Below are positions 8,153 through 14,585 of a stretch of 45,143 bases of DNA, piece after piece; the stretch's first letter is position 1, and each line of letters opens with the position of its first letter. The position numbers were made by a program, and so were the translations under genes. Origin of the DNA: a virus. The stretch spans positions 1 to 45,143 of the IMG/VR virus record IMGVR_UViG_3300038379_000312. One strand, given 5' to 3'. The notes under the pieces were generated by a model. The model was given only the letters and a program-made list of their open reading frames with translations, made no database searches and was not told the origin of the DNA.

Positions 8153-8871
8153 GTCAGTCCTCCCAGGATTGCTTGTCGTTCGAGGGCCGGCAGCCGGCGG
8201 AGGCCGGCCGACCAGGTCCGCACCTTGCGGGCGATTCGTTCGCGCTCCCGCTTGTTGTTGCCCAGGTAGCGGTAATCGTGCAGCTCGGCGGGCGCCGGGT
8301 AATTCATCCACAGGTGCTCCCGCGCCAGCCGGCCGCCGCGGGTGATCGCCTGAAAGGAGATCATCCGCCAATCCGCCAGCTCCCTGGCGTAAAGCTGCGA
8401 CCAGTAGCCCGAGATCGCCACCGGGCAGGCCAGCCGGCGGAGGACCGCCAGCAGCTCCACATGCTGGGCCTCGCTGAACTCGTGCCGGTAAATCGGTCCG
8501 CAGCGGCGCGTCGACAGCACGTAGGGCGGGTCGCAGTAGATGAACCAGGTGGGGCCGCCCGATCCGCCGCCAGCAGCTGCTGCCGCCGGATTCCGCGTCT
8601 CCCCCTCGGCGCTCACCCGATGCAGGCCGAACGCATGCTTGAGCCAGGAGATGCCGCAGCAGCAGTGCACCTCGGCGCCCAGGACCTCGCCGGCGAATCG
8701 TGCGGCGACGGCCGGGTCGATCTCGACGCCGATTGTCCGCGCCGCCGGCCGTTTCCGCCGCAAGACGGCCCCGTCGCCCAGGAACGGCTCGACGTAGACC
8801 TGGTGAGGCGGGATCTGGTTGATGATCCGCTGGTAGACGCCGGCGCCAGCCTTGCCTCCTGGGTAGCCCAT
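8149..8871 (-). CDS. DNA methyltransferase (Dam-like N6-adenine class), 240 aa
   Basis: SAM-binding motif EPFLGDGAV plus the catalytic DPPY tetrapeptide (FIYCDPPYV). N-terminus GYPGGKAG... as in D12-class/Dam enzymes. Confidence 0.8.
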   Translation of the reverse strand: MGYPGGKAGAGVYQRIINQIPPHQVYVEPFLGDGAVLRRKRPAARTIGVEIDPAVAARFAGEVLGAEVHCCCGISWLKHAFGLHRVSAEGETRNPAAAAAGGGSGGPTWFIYCDPPYVLSTRRCGPIYRHEFSEAQHVELLAVLRRLACPVAISGYWSQLYARELADWRMISFQAITRGGRLAREHLWMNYPAPAELHDYRYLGNNKRERERIARKVRTWSAGLRRLPALERQAILGGLT

Positions 8872-8967
8872 TCAGACCTCCTGCAGGGCCAGCGCATCCG
8901 CCAGTGGGGGCCGCACATCAGCAAGTGCTGCGGGACGGCAACCCTCGGCGGGACAGGAATGGGACAT
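8872..8967 (-). CDS. Possible 31-aa micro-ORF
   Basis: Its ATG at 8965-8967 overlaps the stop of 8967..9302 (ATGA). Its stop abuts the methyltransferase ATG at 8871. There is no other support. Confidence 0.2.
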   Translation of the reverse strand: MSHSCPAEGCRPAALADVRPPLADALALQEV

Positions 8968-9302
8968 CAGCGACCTCCCTTCGCTTCGCCGACCAGGTCG
9001 GCTGGGACATCCAGGCCACGATCGCGCAGGAGGCGGACCAGCTCCTCGCGCCAGACCTCCTTCATCTTCGGGTCGCAATGGGCCATGGCGTCCGACCAGG
9101 TCGGCCAGCGGCCATGTCGGCCATGGAAGTGATACTGGTAGTAGAGCGACTCCTGGTTGTGCGGTTCGTTCCAGGGGTGGTCCACCGCGCATTCCTGGCA
9201 GACGTTGCCTGGGGGCGGCAGCATGGTCATGGCGTTGACTTTCTCGCCCTTGACCTCGCCCGTGTTCATGTCGATCGTCTGGACTTTTCCAACTTTGATC
9301 AC
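8967..9302 (-). CDS. Hypothetical protein, 111 aa
   Basis: GTG at 9300-9302 with AGGAGG upstream, overlapping the stop of 9299..9577 (GTGA). Contains CQECAVDHPWNEPHNQESLYYQYHFHGRHGRWPTWSDAMAHC. Confidence 0.6.
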   Translation of the reverse strand: MIKVGKVQTIDMNTGEVKGEKVNAMTMLPPPGNVCQECAVDHPWNEPHNQESLYYQYHFHGRHGRWPTWSDAMAHCDPKMKEVWREELVRLLRDRGLDVPADLVGEAKGGR

Positions 9303-9577
9303 CGGGGAACCCTCCTTTCGACGTCGAAACAAGAATGCCAGCCGCGCTCGCAGACGCGGCCCAGATCGGAGTTGACATCGGTCAGCGCTCGCTGGATCAG
9401 ATCGGCAAACGCTCGGACTATCGTGGTGCTGGGGCCCTTGTTGCCGGGATGTCTTAAGGCGAGCTGCAAGTTGCCCAGCACCGCGAAGAGCATCTCGGCC
9501 GGGACCATGATCTCGATCACCGGCGCGTCGCGGAATAGGGCGGCCAGGTCCTCGGGGGTCGGCAGGTTCTCAGCCAT
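9299..9577 (-). CDS. Hypothetical protein, 92 aa
   Basis: Internal ATG at 9575-9577 with GAGGAGG upstream. Begins MAENLPTPEDLAALFRDAPVIEIMVPAEML... Confidence 0.55.
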   Translation of the reverse strand: MAENLPTPEDLAALFRDAPVIEIMVPAEMLFAVLGNLQLALRHPGNKGPSTTIVRAFADLIQRALTDVNSDLGRVCERGWHSCFDVERRVPR

Positions 9578-9579
9578 CG

Positions 9580-10119
9580 TCAGGCCTCCTCGGCGCGGAA
9601 CAAGCGGGGTCTCATGGGGATGCCCCAGATCCGGGCCAGCTCCTCGCGGGTGCGGTAGGGCCACGGCTCCGACCGCTTCACGCGCTGGTCGCAGCGCAGC
9701 ACGCGCTGGCTGCTCTTGAAATTCGCTCGCGACACGCGCACCAGCAACCGGGTGAACGTGTTCCCGACCACGTCGATCTCTTCGCCGAACAGGTCGGGAC
9801 TGCGACGATCCGCCAGGGTGCGAGCCGCGGCCGCGGCGGACTGGTAGCATTTCCAGGTCAGCTCGAGGATCACCAGTTCGCCGCCCAGCGAGCTGGCGCC
9901 GACGTACCAGAGCGGTTTCGGCTGGTCGCCCCGGCAATGCGGGCAGTCGCGCTTGAAGTGCGGCAGGAGCCGGCCGTGAAAGTGCGTCAGCACCGGATCG
10001 CCGGGTTCCTCGAGGATCACGTAGCGCTCCTCCGCACCTTCTCGAGGCCGGCCCGCGATCCGCAGCCGCTGGCCGAACGGCGCGCCCGTCGCGATGTCCT
10101 CGGCGTACCTGCCGTCCAT
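9580..10119 (-). CDS. Hypothetical protein with a CxxC pair, 179 aa
   Basis: ATG at 10117-10119 with GGAGG 7 nt upstream. It is the first gene after the 10120-10520 non-coding region. Confidence 0.6.
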   Translation of the reverse strand: MDGRYAEDIATGAPFGQRLRIAGRPREGAEERYVILEEPGDPVLTHFHGRLLPHFKRDCPHCRGDQPKPLWYVGASSLGGELVILELTWKCYQSAAAAARTLADRRSPDLFGEEIDVVGNTFTRLLVRVSRANFKSSQRVLRCDQRVKRSEPWPYRTREELARIWGIPMRPRLFRAEEA

Positions 10120-10171
10120 GGCCTAACCTCCGGGTTCTGACTTAGCTGGTTCACCTTGATTTCCCTGGTCA

Positions 10172-10248
10172 CCTCCGAGTCTTGTCTACCTCTTTCCTTC
10201 CCTGACTATGTTTTCAGGGAAGGAAAGACTCAGACAAAGACTCGGAGG
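10172..10248. repeat. 77-nt near-perfect palindrome
   Basis: The arm cctccgagtcttgtct/agacaaagactcggagg has one bulge. The arm ctttccttccctga/tcagggaaggaaag is 14 bp and perfect. The arms flank an 8-nt loop, ctatgttt. It lies in an AT-richer intergenic stretch upstream of 9580..10119. Confidence 0.85.
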
Positions 10249-10408
10249 TAACGGCCGAGCGCCCAGAAAAAGACCTATCCGGGTTTTTACGCGCCGACCT
10301 CTGGCGGATCGGCGCGCACCGGTTACGCTCCAGCTCCCCTGCTGGCGGTCCCATGGCCCTCATGGGTGAGATTCAGTCGCGGCGTCCCGCGGTATTTGGC
10401 AGTGCCAG

Positions 10409-10454
10409 TCCCCGAGGCGGGAATCGAACCCGCCAGACAAGCGCCAGCTCGGGA
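10409..10454 (-). ncRNA. tRNA-like acceptor/T-arm minihelix or tRNA 3' fragment (element A)
   Basis: Minus strand: TCCCGAG-N13-G-GCGGG TTCGATT CCCGC-CTCGGGG-A. It has a perfect consensus T-arm and a 7-bp acceptor-like pairing. No D arm or anticodon arm is present, and no CCA is encoded. Confidence 0.5.
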
Positions 10455-10461
10455 AGAAAAC

Positions 10462-10504
10462 GCCACGGTCGGCCGTCGGCCGATGAAGCCCGATCCGCCG
10501 TGGC
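10462..10504 (-). terminator. Weak terminator-like hairpin after 10518..10712
   Basis: GCCACGG...CCGTGGC is a 7-bp stem with a large 29-nt loop, followed by GTTTTCTT on the minus strand. Confidence 0.25.
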
Positions 10505-10517
10505 TGGCCGGGGGGGG

Positions 10518-10712
10518 TCAGATTCCCGCCGCCAGTTGGTCGGTGACACCCTCCAGGTGCTTGGCCCGGCATGCCGGGCACAGGTGGAAATTCTGGCCGC
10601 TGGCGAACCAGCCCGCGGACCCCGCGTCCATGGCCGCCTCATCGGCGGTCTCGGCCGGTTCGGTCGATGCCCAGCACTGGTCGCAGGCCACGTAGCTCAG
10701 ATGGCAAATCAC
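10518..10712 (-). CDS. Small zinc-ribbon-like protein, 64 aa
   Basis: GTG at 10710-10712 with GGAGGAG 8 nt upstream. Contains CDQC...CPAC Cys pairs. Confidence 0.55.
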   Translation of the reverse strand: MICHLSYVACDQCWASTEPAETADEAAMDAGSAGWFASGQNFHLCPACRAKHLEGVTDQLAAGI

Positions 10713-10748
10713 GATAGACTCCTCCAGTAGAGTGACGCCATGGCGTTT

Positions 10749-10973
10749 TCATGCCTCGCCTCCCAGATCCTGCCAGGCCGACCAGACATCCTCCTGGCCG
10801 GCGTCGATGATCTCGCATTCGTCGAGGCGGTACGGGCCGCGCAGCTCGTGGGCCGGGTCGGCGAAGACCAGGCCGTAAATCGCCTCGTAGATCCGGACCA
10901 TCAGACCGCCTCCTTCGGGTGGTGGATCCTCGGCGAAGACCAGGGCGTAAATCGCGTCGTAGATCCGGACCAT
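10749..10973 (-). CDS. Small hypothetical protein with a duplicated N-terminus, 74 aa (or 50 aa from the second ATG at 10901)
   Basis: MVRIYDAIYALVFAEDPPPEGGGL then MVRIYEAIYGLVFADPAHEL... Each ATG is preceded by GAAGGAGG. The first ATG overlaps the csrA stop (TGATG). Confidence 0.5.
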   Translation of the reverse strand: MVRIYDAIYALVFAEDPPPEGGGLMVRIYEAIYGLVFADPAHELRGPYRLDECEIIDAGQEDVWSAWQDLGGEA

Positions 10974-11001
10974 CAGACCACCTCCTTCGGGTGGTGGATC
11001 C
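10858..11001. repeat. 72-bp tandem duplication (2 copies) spanning the csrA 3' end, SD and start of the next gene
   Basis: 10858..10929 and 10930..11001 are near-identical (a handful of mismatches in 72 nt). The period is 24 codons, in frame. Confidence 0.85.
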
Positions 11002-11167
11002 GATCGTAGATCTCGTTTCGGTGCACCGGGATCTCACGCGGCGCGATAATTCCCAGCCGAACCTTGTCGCGGTCCCTGCCAAAACCCGTCACTTTCACCG
11101 TCACGCACCGCCCGTTACCCAGGTCGATCACGACCGACTCATTCACCTTCCGCGACAGCACCAGCAT
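10973..11167 (-). CDS. csrA: Carbon storage regulator CsrA/RsmA homologue, 64 aa
   Basis: MLVLSRKVNESVVIDLGNGRCVTVKVTGFGRDRDKVRLGIIAPREIPVHRNEIYDRI aligns along its length with E. coli CsrA ([51 protein letters not shown]). ATG at 11165-11167 with AAGGAGG upstream. Confidence 0.85.
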   Translation of the reverse strand: MLVLSRKVNESVVIDLGNGRCVTVKVTGFGRDRDKVRLGIIAPREIPVHRNEIYDRIHHPKEVV

Positions 11168-11315
11168 CTCGACCTCCTTGATTGGTGGCCGGCGGCCAAT
11201 GCGGACTTCGACGCTTGTCCGCACCGGACCGCCGGGCCGGCCTGCCACGCCCGGCTTCCACCGGACGTCCCATCCTCCCGGCCGGCGCCAAGCCGGCGCG
11301 GGAGAGGCAGGCCAG

Positions 11316-11392
11316 TGCCCATTGCGGGAATCGAACCCGCCTGACCCGTCGGCGCCATGGCGAAGGCTTCGGCTGGCGCCTTGTCGATGGGC
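11316..11392 (-). ncRNA. tRNA-like element B (tRNA pseudogene/fragment), 77 nt
   Basis: Minus strand: GCCCATC...GCGGG TTCGATT CCCGC AATGGGC A. It has a consensus T-arm and a 6/7-bp acceptor stem. The 45 nt between them cannot be folded into canonical D and anticodon arms. The 3' trailer CTGGC is shared with element A. Confidence 0.45.
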
Positions 11393-11462
11393 AGCGCCCG
11401 GCCTCGGGTCCGCGTGTCGCCCAGCACGCTCGCCCTCGGCCGGTCGCAGTTGCGGGGGATAT

Positions 11463-11534
11463 TCGCGCCGGTGGGATTTGCACCCACGACCTCCAGGTTA
11501 TGAGCCTGGCGAGCTGCTGCTGCTCCACGGCGCT
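11463..11534 (-). tRNA. Degenerate tRNA-Met-like gene (anticodon CAT), 72 nt, no encoded CCA
   Basis: Hand-folded cloverleaf: agcgccg tg gagc agcagca gctc g ccagg ctcataa cctgg aggtc gtggg tgcaaat cccac cggcgcg a. It resembles E. coli tRNA-fMet in the D-stem and anticodon loop. It lacks G18G19, has G instead of U at position 55, and has an A1:G72 mismatch. Confidence 0.6.
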
Positions 11535-11669
11535 GCCGACGCCACCGGTCCCCCGAGATGGCGCCCACGACCAGATCCCCGGCGGGTGCTCATCTCCCGC
11601 TCGCCATCGGCGTTCGTGGACTTCCCGCCCACGCGAAGCACATTCGGGGCCAGGTCTATCCTTCCTTGG

Positions 11670-11789
11670 TCAGGCCGGCCTGCTCACCCCGTTGCAGTAA
11701 TTTTCGCCAGGATGCACGTTGGCCACCCGGCAGCGCACGATCACCTCGTCGTCCACCGCCAGCAGGTTGCCGTTCACGTCATGGGGCAC
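11670..11789 (-). CDS. Small hypothetical protein, 39 aa
   Basis: GTG at 11787-11789 preceded by GAAGGAGG. Translation: VPHDVNGNLLAVDDEVIVRCRVANVHPGENYCNGVSRPA. Below the ORF-track cutoff. Confidence 0.45.
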   Translation of the reverse strand: MPHDVNGNLLAVDDEVIVRCRVANVHPGENYCNGVSRPA

Positions 11790-12000
11790 GATCCACCTCC
11801 TTCGTCGCCGCCATCGGCCAGACGCGGCGATAGGTTTCGGGGTGCAGCATCACGACACCGGGCCGGCGGTCCGCCGGCACCACTTCCACGCCCACGGCCG
11901 ATCCCCGTTTCATCTCGACCTCGCGGTGATCCCAGAGCCGGAACCAGCCGCCTCCCGTGCTCACCAGGTCGCCAGGCTCCAGGCGAATTCGCAGCATCAT
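11779..12000 (-). CDS. Hypothetical protein, 73 aa
   Basis: The ATG at 11998-12000 overlaps the stop of 11997..12209 (ATGA). Begins MMLRIRLEPGDLVSTGGGWFRLWDHREVEM... Confidence 0.55.
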   Translation of the reverse strand: MMLRIRLEPGDLVSTGGGWFRLWDHREVEMKRGSAVGVEVVPADRRPGVVMLHPETYRRVWPMAATKEVDRAP

Positions 12001-12209
12001 CGCGGCACCTCGAAATGGCTCTCGAACACCTCCACCAGGTCGGCCCGCTCGCGCAGCTTGGCGATTGCGGTCCGTTCAATCTCCAGCACCCGCTGCGCGC
12101 TCATCGCATATCCGGCGGCCGTCATGATGTCCGCCACCTCGCGATGCGAGCGAACGGCCGTCTGCAAAGCGGGCTTGCCGGCCTGCAAGATCTCCGAGCG
12201 AATTGGCAT
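11997..12209 (-). CDS. Sigma-70 region-4-like HTH protein, 70 aa
   Basis: Internal ATG at 12207-12209 with GAGGAGG upstream. REVADIMTAAGYAMSAQRVLEIERTAIAKLRE matches the region 4.2 HTH pattern (..S..RV..I...A..KLR). Confidence 0.6.
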   Translation of the reverse strand: MPIRSEILQAGKPALQTAVRSHREVADIMTAAGYAMSAQRVLEIERTAIAKLRERADLVEVFESHFEVPR

Positions 12210-12222
12210 GGCCGCCGCCTCC

Positions 12223-12567
12223 TCATCCCACCAGCTCGAACGCGCCGCCGCGAACGTCGCAGCCCAGCTCCAGGGCCGCGGACTCGACCCGCATCTGGAT
12301 CGATTCCGCGAGCACCCTGGTTCTCGCGTCGAGGTCGTCGTTCCAGCCGTCCTCGCCGACGCACAGCTCGAGGGCCACAAGCTGCTGGCTGGCGGCGATG
12401 TACCCGGCCTCGATGTGGACCAGGTACACGCGATCCAGCGATCCGCCCAGCTTCCGCAGCCGGCGCCGCACGCGCACGATCCCGCCCGCCACTTCGCCGG
12501 CGGCGTGGGCCTGGCCCAGCTCCTCCAGGAATTCCTCAGCGCTCTCGAACCGCACGCGAATCCCCAC
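12223..12567 (-). CDS. Hypothetical protein, ~114 aa
   Basis: The preferred start is the GTG at 12565-12567 with GGAGGG 6 nt upstream. The track start at 12573 is a TTG overlapping the upstream stop. Confidence 0.55.
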   Translation of the reverse strand: MGIRVRFESAEEFLEELGQAHAAGEVAGGIVRVRRRLRKLGGSLDRVYLVHIEAGYIAASQQLVALELCVGEDGWNDDLDARTRVLAESIQMRVESAALELGCDVRGGAFELVG

Positions 12568-12569
12568 GA

Positions 12570-12911
12570 TCAACCCTCCATGGTCAATTGCGCCGGCTGG
12601 CTGCCCAATGTCGCCGCAACTGCATCTGGCACATTCCGCCAGACGCGGTACGGGAGCCTCAGAGCCCGGTCTTCGCGCATGGCCGCCAGCATCAGCAGCA
12701 TGTACTGGCTGGCGATTTCACTGGCGGTCGGCCAGGTGGGGCGATAGACGTAGCTGTCCGCGATCTGCTTCGCCCACAGCCAGGTCAGCGACCAGGCCGG
12801 CTGCATGGGCCGGATGCCATACGATCGCAAAATGCGGCGAACGTCGTTCACCCGGCGCCGACTGGCGAACCAGAGGGACCGACCATCGTCTTTGGGTGAA
12901 GCCGCAATCAT
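12570..12911 (-). CDS. Hypothetical protein, 113 aa
   Basis: The ATG at 12909-12911 overlaps the stop of 12908..13084 (ATGA). Confidence 0.55.
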   Translation of the reverse strand: MIAASPKDDGRSLWFASRRRVNDVRRILRSYGIRPMQPAWSLTWLWAKQIADSYVYRPTWPTASEIASQYMLLMLAAMREDRALRLPYRVWRNVPDAVAATLGSQPAQLTMEG

Positions 12912-13084
12912 CGCTTACTCCGCATCCGCCTGGCCACCGCCTCGGCATTGGGGGGCCGGCAACGTCCCTCGGCCTCCAGCTCGGCCCAACTCTTGCCGGT
13001 CCGTTTCAGCCGGGCGTAGCAGCGCTGGCACAATCCGCGAAGCGCCGCGACCCGTTCCCGGCAGTTGACACATCCAATGCTCAC
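12908..13084 (-). CDS. Small zinc-ribbon protein (His-Me endonuclease Zn-loop-like CxxC...LCxxCYxR), 58 aa
   Basis: The GTG at 13082-13084 overlaps the stop of 13081..13269 (GTGA), with GAGGA upstream. Translation: VSIGCVNCRERVAALRGLCQRCYARLKRTGK... Confidence 0.5.
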   Translation of the reverse strand: MSIGCVNCRERVAALRGLCQRCYARLKRTGKSWAELEAEGRCRPPNAEAVARRMRSKR

Positions 13085-13269
13085 GTTTCCATCCTCTGCC
13101 GCGCCTCGAGCAACGCCTGCACCAGGCCGACCAGCCGGGCCTGGCTGGCACTCACGCGAACTCCGCCCGGCGCCGCCAGGAAGGCGCTCCAGGCACCATC
13201 GAATTTCAGCAGCTCGATCCGCGTGCCGTTGGGCACCGTGTGACCCCAGCCATCGCTTTCGGCGCTCAT
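13081..13269 (-). CDS. Hypothetical protein, 62 aa; first gene of the leftward early operon, divergent from int
   Basis: ATG at 13267-13269. Divergent from the integrase across a 245-nt intergenic region. Confidence 0.5.
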   Translation of the reverse strand: MSAESDGWGHTVPNGTRIELLKFDGAWSAFLAAPGGVRVSASQARLVGLVQALLEARQRMET

Positions 13270-13426
13270 GGCCGTTCCCTCCGGTTGCGCCGACTCTGCC
13301 GGTTATGCCGGCCCCGGCCGCGCGGCCGCGCCGATTTTCCTTGCCGCCAGCCCCGCCTGGACCCACAATCGGAAGTAGAGTCGGGCAAGCCGCCCGCCTC
13401 TCCTCCCCTGCCCACCGCGGCAAAGG

Positions 13427-13468
13427 GAGCCCCGGCCGCCTCGTAGAATCCTTTGACGGCCGGGGCTC
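13427..13468. promoter_or_regulatory. Perfect 12-bp inverted repeat with an 18-nt loop, upstream of int
   Basis: GAGCCCCGGCCG (13427-13438) pairs with CGGCCGGGGCTC (13457-13468). It lies 47 nt upstream of the int ATG, in the divergent intergenic region. Confidence 0.5.
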
Positions 13469-13514
13469 GATGCGGGTTGGCTCCTTCCATGCCCCGTGGA
13501 GTGGAGTCAACACC

Positions 13515-14498
13515 ATGAATGCGCTGCGCCTGTTCTGCCCGGACGCTTCCGAAGCCGATCCAGGACCGCCGGCCACCGAGGGCACGGTCCGCCAGGTCAT
13601 CACGTCGTACCTGAAACACATCAAGGCCCGCGTGGGCGTGAGCGATTACTCGACTCATGCCTACGACAACGCCAGGCGCGACCTGACCCGTTTCGCGGAC
13701 TGGAGTCGGGACGGGGTGTCTCACGGCGATACCACACTCGACCGCTGCCGCAGGAATGACCTCACGGATTTCCTGCTCGCGAACCCGCAATGGCGCTCGA
13801 ACCACACCAAACGCCGGGTGATCGCCGTGATCGTGGCCTGCTTCAACTGGGCCAGCGAGGATGCCGGCCTGGTCGAGATCTGCCCTTACCGCAAGCCCAA
13901 GAGCTTGCGGCTGCCGGTCACTCCTCGTCGCGAGGCGACCCGGGAGGAATATCGCACCTTGATGGCGAAGGGGAGTCGGGCGCTGCGCCGCGCGCTGTAC
14001 TTCCTGCATCGTTCGGGATGTCGCCCCTGCGAGATGCGCGAGGCCAAGAGGACTGATGTGAACTGGCAGGACGGTATGGTCGGTCTGTTCCGGCACAAGA
14101 CGGCCCGGGTCACGGGCGAATGCCGGGTGATCGCTCTGGATCCAGGAGTGATCCGGTTTCTCCGCAACCTGGTCCGACAAGCGCCTGCGGGGCAGGAGCA
14201 TCTTTTCGTGAACCAGCAGGGCAATCCCTGGGACCGGCACACGTTCGCGAGAAACCTGCGCCGGGTGGCGTTCAAGGCGGGTCTGGACAATGGAGCGGAG
14301 AAGCGGGTGAGCGCCTATTGCCTGCGGCACACGTTCACGGGCGAGATGGTGGATTTGGGGTTCGCGGACCGGCAGATCGCCGACCAGCTCGGCCACATCG
14401 ACACGCGCATGGTGAGCTGGTACTCGAAGAATCGCCACAAAGTGAAGAGCATGCGGCGGGTTGCGGACGAAATTCGCCGCCGGCGGCGGGACGGGTAA
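13515..14498 (+). CDS. int: Tyrosine integrase, 327 aa
   Basis: Catalytic signatures LHRSGCRPCE (Arg), YCLRHTF (H-x-x-R) and LGHIDTRMVSWYSKN (His...Tyr), with an N-terminal SAM-like domain. The ATG at 13515 follows GGAGTGGAG. A tRNA 3' fragment follows at 14586. Confidence 0.85.
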   Translation: MNALRLFCPDASEADPGPPATEGTVRQVITSYLKHIKARVGVSDYSTHAYDNARRDLTRFADWSRDGVSHGDTTLDRCRRNDLTDFLLANPQWRSNHTKRRVIAVIVACFNWASEDAGLVEICPYRKPKSLRLPVTPRREATREEYRTLMAKGSRALRRALYFLHRSGCRPCEMREAKRTDVNWQDGMVGLFRHKTARVTGECRVIALDPGVIRFLRNLVRQAPAGQEHLFVNQQGNPWDRHTFARNLRRVAFKAGLDNGAEKRVSAYCLRHTFTGEMVDLGFADRQIADQLGHIDTRMVSWYSKNRHKVKSMRRVADEIRRRRRDG

Positions 14499-14585
14499 CC
14501 TGACCGCCATCCCCTCAGTATGGGGGACAATTGCCCTCGGACAACCAGATTTTTCTGGACGTAGCTGGTCGCCCCATCGACACGC

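Noticed and set aside
7695-8371. Minus-strand ORFs 7695..8006, 7861..8064, and the first 73 codons of 7967..8371.
   Set aside because: They overlap the recombinase and methyltransferase genes out of frame and are Arg/Pro/Gly-rich. Only the last 61 codons of 7967..8371, starting at a GTGA overlap, were kept, at low confidence.
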